This document shows, piece after piece, positions 25,046-34,570 of a DNA stretch of 64,000 nt. Source of the DNA: a virus. How positions within the stretch are numbered: the first letter of the stretch is position 1; each line of letters starts with the position of its first letter. The notes under the pieces were generated by a model. The model did not search any database and was not told the origin of the DNA. It worked only from the letters and a program-made list of their open reading frames with translations. The stretch covers positions 28,426-92,425 of IMG/VR virus record IMGVR_UViG_3300010397_000041. One strand, written 5' to 3'. Both the position numbers and the translations under genes were made by a program.

Positions 25046-27218
25046 CAGCCTTCGCCAGCTCGGCTACGGCCGCTTTGGCTCTCAGGGCGGCGAGCCCCGG
25101 CTGGTTGTCCTGCACCATGACGTTCAGTTCGCGGGCCAGCTGCTCCGGCACTGCAGTGAACGTGAACGCGCGGGACCTGCCACCCGACTTCTCCAACCGG
25201 GTTGCGTAGCGGGCGAACGCACCCAGCTCGGCCGCGACCGCCTTCGCCTCGTCCTTCGGACGGTGCGGAAAGCCATCCTCGGCCAGCCCGTAGGCCAGAC
25301 AGCCCGGCTCGCCGTCCGTGGGGACGAACCGGTGCTGGATGTCCTGGGCGTCGCCGGCGGTGCCGTCGATGCCCTGCGCCTGGCGGGCCGCCTCGCCAGC
25401 CTCCTGGAAGGCCTGCGTGGTGGCGGTCTTGGCTACGGCCGTCTTCTGGCCCGAGCCGTCCGAGGCGGACGCCGGCTTGGGCGGCGCAGCTTCCTCGCCG
25501 GCGTCGGAATCGTCGCCGGAGTCGTCGTCGGATTCTTCGGACTCGTCGGCCTGCTTCCCGCGGGCCGGTCGCTGCGCGGGCGCGGCTTGGAAACCCGCGA
25601 CGGCGGCCTGCGAGCCGGCCCTCGCCGCGGCCCCCTGCGCCTCCTGGATCGCCTTCTGGCCGTCGAGGAACAGGACGCCGCGGCCGTAGGCGACGAACGG
25701 CTCGTCGGCTTCTTCGATCGGCAGCGGCGGCAGGCCCATCTCGTCGCGGGCCTCGTTCAGCGTCCGCCGGCCGCCTTTGACCTGCGTGTCCAGCACCGCA
25801 TCGGCCGATGCCTGGTCTTCTTCCTCGAGGCCGAGGAATTTGAACTCGACGGCGGGGTGGACACCGAGGTAGCGGTGGTTGATGTCGTTGAAGATCGCGG
25901 CGAGCCATTTGCACCACGGGTGGATCAGCTTGCGGTACTGGATGTTCTCCTGGCCCTCGTGGTAGCTGCTGCCCCCCAGGCCGCCGGACTCGATGAAGCC
26001 GATCTCCGCCGGGGTGACACCGAACGCGGCGGCGATCAGCTTGACCAGGAACAGGTCGTACTCGGGCTTGTACTTCTGCGCGTTGTCCGTGAAGGTTGCC
26101 AGCTTGCCGCCGGGCAGGCCGATCTGGATCCGCTGCCGTTCGGAAAGGTTCCCCGACAGCGTGTTGTTGATCTCGGCGCGCCAGCGGCGGACCTCGGCCG
26201 GGGTCATACCCTTCGCCGACTCAGGGACCTCGAGGAACGCCATCGGCAGCGACGAGGCGTCGAACTCCTGGGTCAGCCAGTCGGCGCGTTTCAACCACAG
26301 GTTGATCTCGATCAAGGCTTTTTCGACGGGGCTGATGCCGTAGGGCGAGATGGTACGGACCTCGCGGCGGCAGTAAATCAGCTCGTCGGCGGTCAGCCCG
26401 CCGTCGATCGTGCCGTCCTTCCCGATCGCCGCGGTGAACTCGCCACGAGGGAAGCCGTACATGATCTGCTGGAACGCGGGATCGGGCGGCAACGGCCGCC
26501 GGCCGCGGTTGTCCAGAAGCGGCTTCACGAACTCGCCTGCGATGATCTCGCAGGCCAGGTCGTTGCCGTACGACCAGCGCGGATTGATCGCCAGCGCGTC
26601 GAGGACCAACGACTCTTCGAGCGCCATCCCGAGCCAGTCGACGAAGTTGTAGCCGCCGAACCGGTCGGGCCGCTTCCAGAACGCACGCGCCTTCGCGATG
26701 TCCGGTGCGAGCTTCTCCCGCAGCGCCGACTTCGCCTGGACCTTGCGGATCCCGTCGAGTTCCATCGCGGTGGTGACGGCATCCTCGGACACGGTGGTCG
26801 CCCAGTCGAGCCCGCAGATCTCCGATTTGATCAGGGAGATGCAGTAGCGGACGATCCCGACGTCGGCTGCCTTCCGCAGCGTCTCGAACGGCACATGCCG
26901 CCGTTCACCGCCGGGGACGTTCCAGCCGACCGGATATTCCCAAACCCTGGGGTCCGTGCGGCCGTCGGGGCGAAGCGGGTCGATCGCGTACGGCCCGGGC
27001 GGGGTGAGCGGGCCGAACGGAGCCGTGTAAGGAAGTTCGCGGGGCAGCGGCTCGTAGGCGCCGATCGCCACACCCGACTGCACCGCGCCCGCCGCGGCCG
27101 CGGCCGCCTGCGCGGACATGTCCCGGGTCTGACCGCCGGCGGCACGGGCCGCCGCCGCGTACGACGCCTTGTCGAGCTGGCGGCGCTTACGGTTGCGGGC
27201 ACGGCTGCGAGACGACAC
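24909..27218 (-). CDS. Portal protein
   Basis: Follows terminase; YGISPVE, AAAFGVTPAEIG, TLNEAR..MGLPPL motifs; GAGG RBS before GTG. Confidence 0.92.
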   Translation of the reverse strand: MSSRSRARNRKRRQLDKASYAAAARAAGGQTRDMSAQAAAAAAGAVQSGVAIGAYEPLPRELPYTAPFGPLTPPGPYAIDPLRPDGRTDPRVWEYPVGWNVPGGERRHVPFETLRKAADVGIVRYCISLIKSEICGLDWATTVSEDAVTTAMELDGIRKVQAKSALREKLAPDIAKARAFWKRPDRFGGYNFVDWLGMALEESLVLDALAINPRWSYGNDLACEIIAGEFVKPLLDNRGRRPLPPDPAFQQIMYGFPRGEFTAAIGKDGTIDGGLTADELIYCRREVRTISPYGISPVEKALIEINLWLKRADWLTQEFDASSLPMAFLEVPESAKGMTPAEVRRWRAEINNTLSGNLSERQRIQIGLPGGKLATFTDNAQKYKPEYDLFLVKLIAAAFGVTPAEIGFIESGGLGGSSYHEGQENIQYRKLIHPWCKWLAAIFNDINHRYLGVHPAVEFKFLGLEEEDQASADAVLDTQVKGGRRTLNEARDEMGLPPLPIEEADEPFVAYGRGVLFLDGQKAIQEAQGAAARAGSQAAVAGFQAAPAQRPARGKQADESEESDDDSGDDSDAGEEAAPPKPASASDGSGQKTAVAKTATTQAFQEAGEAARQAQGIDGTAGDAQDIQHRFVPTDGEPGCLAYGLAEDGFPHRPKDEAKAVAAELGAFARYATRLEKSGGRSRAFTFTAVPEQLARELNVMVQDNQPGLAALRAKAAVAELAKAGGGGGGRAASPRPDQGAGAVDRLPGARRAEPALRRAGIPGCQPTY

Positions 27219-27240
27219 GGGGCCACCTCGCGCGCCTTGG

Positions 27241-27438
27241 TTAGTCGTGCCGCGGACAGCCGCCCATGACCACCAGGCCGTAGGTCGGATGCCAGTGGCA
27301 GCCGCATCCCAGGCCGCGGCGAAGCCACACGTGGGCGATGAACAGGAAGCGCCGCGGGCCGGGCCTGTACCCGGCCTCACGCCAGAGGGGACGCATGAAC
27401 CGGACGTAGCCGATCAAAGTCACAGGGTCCGCCTCCAA
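27241..27438 (-). CDS. Hypothetical small protein
   Basis: Fills the terminase-portal gap; Cys/His-rich end. Confidence 0.4.
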   Translation of the reverse strand: MEADPVTLIGYVRFMRPLWREAGYRPGPRRFLFIAHVWLRRGLGCGCHWHPTYGLVVMGGCPRHD

Positions 27439-29054
27439 CCCTGCGCGGATTCGCCCCCGCCGAACCAGGCCGACATGTCGACCGCCGCAGGCTCCCGCGC
27501 TTCGGGCGGCGGCTGCTGGTGCGCGTTGGCGTCGGATTCGGCGATCAGCTGGTCCATGAAGCTGGCGAAATCACCCCGCAGATCCACGAAGGCGAGGATG
27601 AGCGCGTCGGCGTTGTCGGGCGACCGGCCGAGCCGCTCCCGTTGATCGTCCTTCGGCTCGACCTGGATCTGCCCGCGGCTGTTCGGATGCCACTTCGCGG
27701 TCAGCAGCTGATTGCAGGCGTCGTCAGGATTCTCCGCGCCCGACTGCCACACACCGTCAGCGTTGTAGACGGCCGGGGAGAGGTCCCACGCCTGCTGCTC
27801 GGACTGGAGCCGGCCAACCTCCCACCAGATCTCCGACCGCAGGTTCGCGAACCGCTTCGAGTCGGTTGCCTGCTGGCCGACGTTCACCCCGGTCACCGTC
27901 GCCGTGTGGGTGCCGTCGCCGCGGAGCTCCTTCAGCCGGTCGGCTACGCCGGCGCCGATACCGATGCTGTCGACGTTGACGGCCGTCGCCCCGGTGATCT
28001 CAATCGCTTTGAGGACCAGGCGGACGACGGACATGGTGTCGTCGTCGCGGTCCCGCCACTCCCGGCCGACCATCCGGCCGCGCCGCTCCCGGATCACAGT
28101 CTCATCGCCGCCGCCACCGACGTCGACACCGAGGACAACCGGGGTGAGCTCGTCCGGGGTGTACTCGCGGTCGGTGGGCTGCCGGCACTTCGCCAGGTCA
28201 GAGGAGCGCACGACCTGATCGGAGGCGTCCAGCGGGAACTCGCCGAGAACCTTCTCGAACCAGAGCGGAGAGCCCTCACCCCAGTCGGCGCGCTTCTCCT
28301 CCACCCACGTCTTCGAGACCAGCGCGCGGCGCAGCAGATCCGGGACCCGTTCGCCGGTCAGGTTCGGCGTGTCGAACGCGGAGATGGTGATGACGTGCCA
28401 GCCCGAACCGGGACGGCAGACCTGCGCGAATTCGCTGGAAGGGTCGGCAGGGTTGCCGATCGCCAACAGGGCGCAGCCCTCGTTGGTCATGAGCGCGTCG
28501 GCGGCGGTCCACAGCCAGCCGGGGATCCCGCTCGCCTCGTCCAACGCAACCAGAACGCCGTCGGGGGCGTGGATGCCCTGAAAGGCGGTGCGGCCCTGCT
28601 CCGTGTCGGGCGGTTTCCGGCCGAAGCCGATCAGCTCTTTGCCGAGCTTCCACTCCGTGGTGAGCACCCGGCCGGGTAGGGGCGTGCCACGTTCCGCGGC
28701 GACCGCCGCGGCCTGGCCGATGTAGCGCCACAGGATCGCCTGGACCTGGGCAGCCGACGGCGCGGTCGTGACCGCGAACGCCTGACCGGGAGTCCGGGTC
28801 GCAAGCCAGTGGGCCACGACCCGAGAGGCAGTGTGGGACTTTCCGCAGCCGTGTGCCGACTTGACCGCGACCTTACGGTGCCTGGTCAGCGCGGTGACGA
28901 TCTCAACCTGCTTGGACCACAGATGCTCGCCGAGCACGTCCGACACCCACAGCGCGGGGTCGGTGCGGTACTGCTGCTGGCGGGCCTCGCTGTCGAGCCG
29001 GTCGAGAGCGGCGAGCAGGTTGGATGACAGCCGGTCGGGCAGCGCTACCACCAT
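27420..29054 (-). CDS. terL: Terminase large subunit
   Basis: Walker A SAHGCGKS, Walker B VALDEA, IGNP, nuclease LGVDVG, SPDNADAL. Confidence 0.96.
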   Translation of the reverse strand: MVVALPDRLSSNLLAALDRLDSEARQQQYRTDPALWVSDVLGEHLWSKQVEIVTALTRHRKVAVKSAHGCGKSHTASRVVAHWLATRTPGQAFAVTTAPSAAQVQAILWRYIGQAAAVAAERGTPLPGRVLTTEWKLGKELIGFGRKPPDTEQGRTAFQGIHAPDGVLVALDEASGIPGWLWTAADALMTNEGCALLAIGNPADPSSEFAQVCRPGSGWHVITISAFDTPNLTGERVPDLLRRALVSKTWVEEKRADWGEGSPLWFEKVLGEFPLDASDQVVRSSDLAKCRQPTDREYTPDELTPVVLGVDVGGGGDETVIRERRGRMVGREWRDRDDDTMSVVRLVLKAIEITGATAVNVDSIGIGAGVADRLKELRGDGTHTATVTGVNVGQQATDSKRFANLRSEIWWEVGRLQSEQQAWDLSPAVYNADGVWQSGAENPDDACNQLLTAKWHPNSRGQIQVEPKDDQRERLGRSPDNADALILAFVDLRGDFASFMDQLIAESDANAHQQPPPEAREPAAVDMSAWFGGGESAQGWRRTL

Positions 29055-29120
29055 CGGTCACGCTCCGTCGACCACAACCGCCATCCGTGATCTTAATCCA
29101 GGGGTTATGGCTACGAAGCG

Positions 29121-29696
29121 TCACGCCGCTGTGAGATGCCGGCGCGCGGACTCGATGAACGCCTGCCGCTGCTCCGGCGACATGCCGATCTGCGGGTCGT
29201 TGAGCACGGCACGCAGGAAATCCTCGAGGAGGCTCGTTTCCCGCTCGGCCATCTGGACTCGCCGTTCCTCGATGCCGGCGGCGAGCGCCAGCCGGGCGAA
29301 GTTCGCCGCCCGGTCGCGCTCCTCGGACTCCAGCTGCGCGAGGCCGCGGATGTACTCGCCCTGCGCGCCACCCTCGCCGAACGCGACACCGACGGTCGCC
29401 TTCTCCAGTCCCAGCTCTTCGACCTTCTCCTGCAGCTCGGCGGCGTAGACGTTGGCGCGGCGTGCGGCCTGGGACAGCAGACGCAGGAGCGTCTCCCCGG
29501 GGTCGACTTTTTCGTCGGTGATACCCCAGTCGGCGAGTTCGGCGCGGACAGCGGCTTTGTTGGCGACTTGCGGCGCTGCGGCGCCGTGTTTCCAGCAGAC
29601 GGTGGCACCTTTGACGGCCCACTGGGTGCAGCGCTTCTTCGTGGATTTCGCGATCGCAATGCATTTGCGTCGTTGCACTGCCATGGGGTTGTCCAA
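29121..29696 (-). CDS. Terminase small subunit-like protein
   Basis: C.A..K.T.KRC...A..GATVCWKHG motif; directly upstream of terL. Confidence 0.7.
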   Translation of the reverse strand: MDNPMAVQRRKCIAIAKSTKKRCTQWAVKGATVCWKHGAAAPQVANKAAVRAELADWGITDEKVDPGETLLRLLSQAARRANVYAAELQEKVEELGLEKATVGVAFGEGGAQGEYIRGLAQLESEERDRAANFARLALAAGIEERRVQMAERETSLLEDFLRAVLNDPQIGMSPEQRQAFIESARRHLTAA

Positions 29697-29754
29697 CGTT
29701 CTGTGGGTCGGTCGGTCGGCTGGCTGCCGGGAGAGGTCGAAGTTCCCGGCGGTG

Positions 29755-29916
29755 CTACTGGCAGGCGGCGCGGTGGGCGTCGATCTGTCGGCGTACCGCG
29801 GCCGTGTCGAGCTCGGCCGACAGTGCCACTTGCGTGCCGCGCGGCGGGCCCCAGGTCACTGGGATGTTCACAGTGACGGTGTGGCCGCAGTCGAGATGCA
29901 GGTCGAGGTCGAGCAC
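29755..29916 (-). CDS. Hypothetical 53-aa protein (MLDLDLHLDCGHTVTV...AHRAACQ), below the ORF-track cutoff
   Basis: Translated by hand; fills a gap. Confidence 0.45.
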   Translation of the reverse strand: MLDLDLHLDCGHTVTVNIPVTWGPPRGTQVALSAELDTAAVRRQIDAHRAACQ

Positions 29917-29947
29917 GGCGGGCAGAGCGACCCTGCGGGATGCCTGC

Positions 29948-30217
29948 CTACTCGACGTCGTTGGCGGCGCGGGGGCCGTCGGCCAGCCGCTTGTACTTCT
30001 CGGCGGTCGTGTGGCCGTCCCAGTCGTTCGGCTTGACCTTCAGCGAGTCCGGGAACAGTTCGACGTCGGCTTGGGCTATGTGCCAGCACATCTGCCCACC
30101 CGGTCCGTGGATGCAGATCACCGGCCAGTCGGGTTCGTCCGGATCGACGGCCCAGTGGGCGTCGTACAGCCGGGCGAGATGGGCGACGAGGTAGGCACGC
30201 TCGCGGTAAATGTCCAC
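29948..30217 (-). CDS. Hypothetical phage protein (YRERAYLVA...QMCWHI...WDGHTT)
   Basis: Natural-looking composition; motif recalled from actinophage proteins. Confidence 0.7.
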   Translation of the reverse strand: MDIYRERAYLVAHLARLYDAHWAVDPDEPDWPVICIHGPGGQMCWHIAQADVELFPDSLKVKPNDWDGHTTAEKYKRLADGPRAANDVE

Positions 30218-30220
30218 GGG

Positions 30221-30436
30221 TCAGTCCAGATCGTGGGAGGCGGCGCTGGGGGCGAGATGCGCGAGCGGCGCCAGGTCGGCGAAGCGCCACAGCGACGGGA
30301 TGCGCTGGTGGCCGCGTACTACAGGTTTGATGCCCTCTCGGGCCAGCAGCTTGTGTGTAGCGCGGCAGCGGTTCGCCGTCGACCGGCCGAGCCAGGCTGT
30401 GATCTCCCAGATATCAACAAGCCCGGTAGGCCGCAT
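30221..30436 (-). CDS. Small putative DNA-binding protein
   Basis: GGAGG RBS; HTH-like LVDIWEITAWLGRS. Confidence 0.5.
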   Translation of the reverse strand: MRPTGLVDIWEITAWLGRSTANRCRATHKLLAREGIKPVVRGHQRIPSLWRFADLAPLAHLAPSAASHDLD

Positions 30437-30479
30437 GGCGACCTCCGGGCAATCTCGTGGCTCCCTGCCATTATGCGCC

Positions 30480-30725
30480 CTACGCTGTCGACTGCAAGCA
30501 TGCGGTTGATCGCGGCGCTTCGCGGCGGCAGCGGGAGCACAGGTGCCGGGCCCGTCGTCGGACCATGACCGCGCAGTCGTCGAGTTGCGCGCCGCAAACG
30601 GTGACCACGGGGCCGATAGGAATCGTGTTCCAGCCGGCCGGTTCGGGTGGCGGGTCGGCGATCAGGGTGAGGTGTAGCTGCTGCTCGAGGCGGCCGCGGA
30701 GCACGGCCCGAAGCTGGTCAGGCAT
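30480..30725 (-). CDS. Zn-finger hypothetical protein
   Basis: H...CG...CSRC; paralog of part of 30980-32005. Confidence 0.55.
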   Translation of the reverse strand: MPDQLRAVLRGRLEQQLHLTLIADPPPEPAGWNTIPIGPVVTVCGAQLDDCAVMVRRRARHLCSRCRREAPRSTACLQSTA

Positions 30726-30987
30726 CGTCGCCGAGTAGTGCGGCCAGCTTCCCGTGGGCCACCGAGGTTTCCAACGGTACGACCGCCCTGCCCGCGAGGA
30801 TCGCCTTGCCGAGGGAAACCGCAAACTCGCGGGCTGCGACCTCGACAGCGAGGAGCTGGCCGAGCCATCCGTACTCCGGGCCGATGGCGTGGTCGGACAG
30901 CTCCTGGAGCCATTCCGCGCCTGGCCGTCGGTGGTCGCGTTCTCCGGGCATGCCGCACAGCTCGTACCAGTCCCCGCTGTCACCCAT
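30718..30987 (-). CDS. Hypothetical protein
   Basis: Paralog of the N-terminus of 30980-32005. Confidence 0.55.
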   Translation of the reverse strand: MGDSGDWYELCGMPGERDHRRPGAEWLQELSDHAIGPEYGWLGQLLAVEVAAREFAVSLGKAILAGRAVVPLETSVAHGKLAALLGDDA

Positions 30988-32005
30988 CGAGGGGGCCTGC
31001 CCTCTTCCCGGCGCTCGGCTGTGCAGCACGGAGCATCGCCAGGAACTCGCCGCGGGTCTCGGCGCCGTGCGTGTTCCGGCCGTGCAGCCACAGCGCGTTC
31101 TCGACTCGCCGCTCGTAGAGCAGGTCGACGGCGCCCGGCAGGCCAAGCTCTGCGGCGTACGACGCGAGGTTGGGGGGATGTTCGTACTCCCAGCCGCACA
31201 GCGGGCAGATCGACACGGTCGCGCCTGGCCGGTGCCGGTGGATCTGACCCGGCATGCCGGCGGTCTCACGGCGGCAGCGGGAGCATGCGCCCTTGGATCG
31301 GCGGCGGGTCAACACCGCGGAGGGGATCCCGATGCCGCAGGCGGTGCGGACCGGGCCGACCGCGCGGTCCCGGTTGGCGATCAGGATGTCCGAGGGCCAG
31401 CGAGGATTGGGATCGTCCATGTTGGCCGGGGCTTTCGCGGCCAGGTGGGCTGACAGCCAGGTGAGGTGGATCTGTCGGCGACGGTCGGCCGCGTACGGCC
31501 GGCAGACCGCGCGCAGGACGAGGAGTTCGCTCACCCGTTTCTCCCGGTGCCCCTGCAGCGGTCGACGCAGTCCGACGACACATAGCAGCCGCCGTCGAGG
31601 TCGAAGCTGGACGGCGGGGCGATCCAGCAGGGGTGACGGCGGACACGCAGGATCGAAGTCGGGTGCGTCTGAGGATTGCGCGGGCTGGGCGTGCGCCTCG
31701 CCGAGCAGTACGGCGAGCTTCTCGTGGGCCTCGGCCAGCCGTTCGTGCAGCTTCTCGCCGTCAGCCCCAGCGTGGGTGTCGATCTCCCAGGCGGACCAGT
31801 ACGGGGAGACCGTCTCATCGTCCACTAGGGGAGCGACCGCGGCGGCCAGCTCGCGTGCTGCGGCCTCGATGGCGAGCAGTCGGCCATAGGGCCCGTACTC
31901 GGCTCCAACGAGATGGTCTTCCGCGAAGTGCTCGACGTCGTCCTCGGCGAAGTGGGATCGGGGAAACCAGTCCCGGCAGAGCGCACACGACTCGCCCTTG
32001 ACCAT
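30980..32005 (-). CDS. Hypothetical ORF, probably two or more genes in one frame (second likely starts at GTG 31534)
   Basis: Two halves each resemble one of the two downstream genes. Confidence 0.5.
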   Translation of the reverse strand: MVKGESCALCRDWFPRSHFAEDDVEHFAEDHLVGAEYGPYGRLLAIEAAARELAAAVAPLVDDETVSPYWSAWEIDTHAGADGEKLHERLAEAHEKLAVLLGEAHAQPAQSSDAPDFDPACPPSPLLDRPAVQLRPRRRLLCVVGLRRPLQGHREKRVSELLVLRAVCRPYAADRRRQIHLTWLSAHLAAKAPANMDDPNPRWPSDILIANRDRAVGPVRTACGIGIPSAVLTRRRSKGACSRCRRETAGMPGQIHRHRPGATVSICPLCGWEYEHPPNLASYAAELGLPGAVDLLYERRVENALWLHGRNTHGAETRGEFLAMLRAAQPSAGKRAGPLDG

Positions 32006-32008
32006 CGC

Positions 32009-32425
32009 TCAATTCCCCGTTCGCAGACGCAGCCACCGGGCCCGGTAGTCCGGGTGGTGTTCCCAGATCTTCATGGCGGTCCGTACGTCCATGCAGGGGT
32101 AGGCGGCCCATTCGCAGCCACGGCAGCGGACCCAGATTTCGTCGTCGTCGTGGACAGCGCCCGGCCCGTGTGGACGCAGGATCGTCGCGAGGGCCTCGGT
32201 GACCTCCACATCAAGCTGGGCGGGGGTACGGGCGGTCAGCTCGGCGAGACGGGCTTCGAGGAAGGCGGCAAGGTCGGCCTTCTGAGCGGCGAAGCGGACC
32301 GCACGGGCCCGGGGCTGCGGGTAGCAGGCGTGCCAGGTTGCGCCGCCTTCCCGTGCCGCCGCGGCGTCGGCGATACGCACCAGCTCGTCGCAGCGGGCGA
32401 CGATCGCGGCGCGAAGGTCAGGCAC
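32009..32425 (-). CDS. DUF6221-like actinophage protein
   Basis: LAAFLEARLAE and YPC..VR...WEHHPDY motifs. Confidence 0.6.
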   Translation of the reverse strand: MPDLRAAIVARCDELVRIADAAAAREGGATWHACYPQPRARAVRFAAQKADLAAFLEARLAELTARTPAQLDVEVTEALATILRPHGPGAVHDDDEIWVRCRGCEWAAYPCMDVRTAMKIWEHHPDYRARWLRLRTGN

Positions 32426-32834
32426 GACGCCGCCCCTCGAACCCCGCGACCACCCGGGCAACGTTCGCGTCGATCACGGCCCGCGTCTCGGCGACACGCG
32501 CCAGGTCCGGCGGTGGCACCTCGACGCCCAGCGCGGCGTGGATCTCCTGCCACAGGCCAGACTCCGTCAGGTCGATGCCGACCTGTTCCCACGGTGTCGG
32601 GCCGACGAGCGCCGTCCAACGGGCGATGCGGAGCACCGCCGAGTCACAGCCCATCGACCACACCCCGTTGGCCGCCAGGTTTCGGGCCGCGGACAGGTCG
32701 TGCCACAGGCAGATCAGTTCGGTCCGGGCGGCTTCTTCCCAGCCGGATGGTTCGTCCGCGAGCTCGGCCAGCGCCCGGGCGGCGGAGGCGCGTGCCTCCC
32801 GCTGGGCGGCGGCCAGGCTGCCGGGCTCAGCCAT
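32418..32834 (-). CDS. Hypothetical protein
   Basis: GGAGG RBS; coupled overlap. Confidence 0.6.
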   Translation of the reverse strand: MAEPGSLAAAQREARASAARALAELADEPSGWEEAARTELICLWHDLSAARNLAANGVWSMGCDSAVLRIARWTALVGPTPWEQVGIDLTESGLWQEIHAALGVEVPPPDLARVAETRAVIDANVARVVAGFEGRRRA

Positions 32835-32840
32835 CGGTGT

Positions 32841-33180
32841 TCACCTCCAGCCGGGCCGCGGCATCGGCCATCGGCTCACACGGCCACGAATCCACCCAGG
32901 CGTATCGGGCGCGTCGGCGACCTGCTTGGCGATCGCGGTCAGGGCCTTCGCGATGCTGCGCGCCGTTCGGCGGTTGAATCCGGCGGCGATGCGCATGGCG
33001 GCGAGGACAGCGGCGTCGGGGAGGTCTTCGGCTTCGGCGGTGAGCACCGGGTCGACGCGGCCGAGGACCTCGAAGTCGCCTCGGCAGCCGCAGGGGGATG
33101 TCGGCGGCCTTCCGCACTCGGGCCGGGTTCCCGTCGGCGATCCAGGCGGCGAGCGGCGCGCCGAGCGTCGGAGTGTTCAC
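32841..33180 (-). pseudogene. Probably frameshifted hypothetical gene
   Basis: Coupled GTG start frame turns into Arg/Pro-rich text while another frame (CGCRGDFEVLGRVDPVL...) looks coding. Confidence 0.35.
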
Positions 33181-33281
33181 CGCTGCCACCGGTCCCGCTC
33201 GAAGTAGACGCCGAGGGTGAAGCCGAGCAGACCGGAGGCGAGGGCGGCCAGCACGATGATCAGGATGGTGCTCGCGGTCAT
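33177..33281 (-). CDS. 34-aa membrane peptide (MTASTILIIVLAALASGLLGFTLGVYFERDRWQR)
   Basis: Translated by hand; ATGA and GTGA couplings on both sides. Confidence 0.55.
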   Translation of the reverse strand: MTASTILIIVLAALASGLLGFTLGVYFERDRWQR

Positions 33282-33730
33282 GATGTTGACTCCGCTGCGA
33301 GCAGGAACCGCATCGCCTCGTCGCGGCGGAACCCTGCCTGCAGGTGCGCGGCGAGCGTCTCGTACCGGGCCCTCGCAACCGGGTCAGGAGGCAGGGCTGT
33401 CGGCCCGGTGACGACCGCCGTGGCTGACGGCAGCCAGTTGCACGTCAGGATCGGCACACCCCGGCCGGTAAGCGGATGGGCCACCGTCTCGATAAATGCG
33501 GGCTTGTTCAAAGCATCGTCGTAAGTCCGAGGCGGCCGGACCGCGACGGCAAGCACCGTTTGCGCCGTCGACGACATGTAGATCCCGGCCGGTTCGCCAC
33601 CCCAGTCCCGGACAATCGTTTCCAGGGCGTCGAACAGCCGGTCTGGTGCTGCGACCCTACTGACGTCGATTTGGCGGAGTTCGCCGGTCTCGCCGTCGGC
33701 CCAGTAGATGTGGGTCAGGTCGCCGGTCAT
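33278..33730 (-). CDS. Small protein resembling the C-terminal (A-domain) part of the major capsid protein
   Basis: EPAGIYMS and LTGRGVPILTCNWLPSATAVV align with the window's capsid; GGAGG RBS, ATGA coupling. Confidence 0.65.
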   Translation of the reverse strand: MTGDLTHIYWADGETGELRQIDVSRVAAPDRLFDALETIVRDWGGEPAGIYMSSTAQTVLAVAVRPPRTYDDALNKPAFIETVAHPLTGRGVPILTCNWLPSATAVVTGPTALPPDPVARARYETLAAHLQAGFRRDEAMRFLLAAESTS

Positions 33731-34530
33731 GAGGCCTCCGCGAGGCGCATCGTCAGCGCGTGCAGCTGGTCGTTGCCGAGGCGCCAGGCGTGGCGCATCG
33801 ACCGGTCGTTGACCCGGCAGCTGACGGGTGGATTCCCCCAGCACCAGGGGCAGTCGGGGTTGCGCGCGTCTCCGCAGCCGCCGGTCTGGGTTTCGGGGTC
33901 TCCGAGGCAGAGCATGCGGCAGGACGGATAGTTGTGATCGTCGTGGCAGCCGTTCGGGCCGCCGGTGCCGCAGTAGATCAGCCCCGTATCCGGGGAGATC
34001 ATCAGCGAGGGTTGTTTGCAGGCGTCGCACGTCGCCGCCGCGAGGCGCAGCGGGTAGGGCGCGCGGATCAACCCGAGTTCGATCTTTGTCCGACCGTGGT
34101 AGGAGCGAAGGTCGGCGAGGACTTCCTCGCCGAGGGGATGGTCTGCCGCGAGCTCAGGGAGTAGGGCCAATGCCCGGTCGAATGGGATCGCGAGGGCCCT
34201 GACCCGCCGGCCGTCGGGGGTTCGGCCGCGGTCGAGTGCCGGGTGGACGACCGGCAGCCAGTAGGTCACGGCCTTGCGTATCTCGCTCGCGAGGGACAGC
34301 GGGTAGTCGTCTGTCGGCGGCTGCGAATGCGGCTTCGACGACGAACCCGATACCTGCTCGACGACAGGTCGCTGCTCGTACTTCTCGGCGAGGCGGTCGA
34401 GGAGGCTTGGGTGCGCTTTCTTCCCGGGCGCCAGTTGCTCGGCCGGCGGGTCGTCTCGGTGTTTGAACTCGACGTGTTGTTCGTGGAGCAGTGCCCGAAG
34501 TTCTTCAGCGATCGCGTCGTTCGCTGTCAC
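33727..34530 (-). CDS. Zn-finger protein, candidate late transcription regulator
   Basis: HPSLLDRL, SKPHSQPP, CDAC...IYCG motifs; upstream of the packaging module; function inferred. Confidence 0.55.
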   Translation of the reverse strand: MTANDAIAEELRALLHEQHVEFKHRDDPPAEQLAPGKKAHPSLLDRLAEKYEQRPVVEQVSGSSSKPHSQPPTDDYPLSLASEIRKAVTYWLPVVHPALDRGRTPDGRRVRALAIPFDRALALLPELAADHPLGEEVLADLRSYHGRTKIELGLIRAPYPLRLAAATCDACKQPSLMISPDTGLIYCGTGGPNGCHDDHNYPSCRMLCLGDPETQTGGCGDARNPDCPWCWGNPPVSCRVNDRSMRHAWRLGNDQLHALTMRLAEAS

Positions 34531-34570
34531 GGTTCCGACCGTACCCGGACCATCGGGACGCCCGGTGGCC

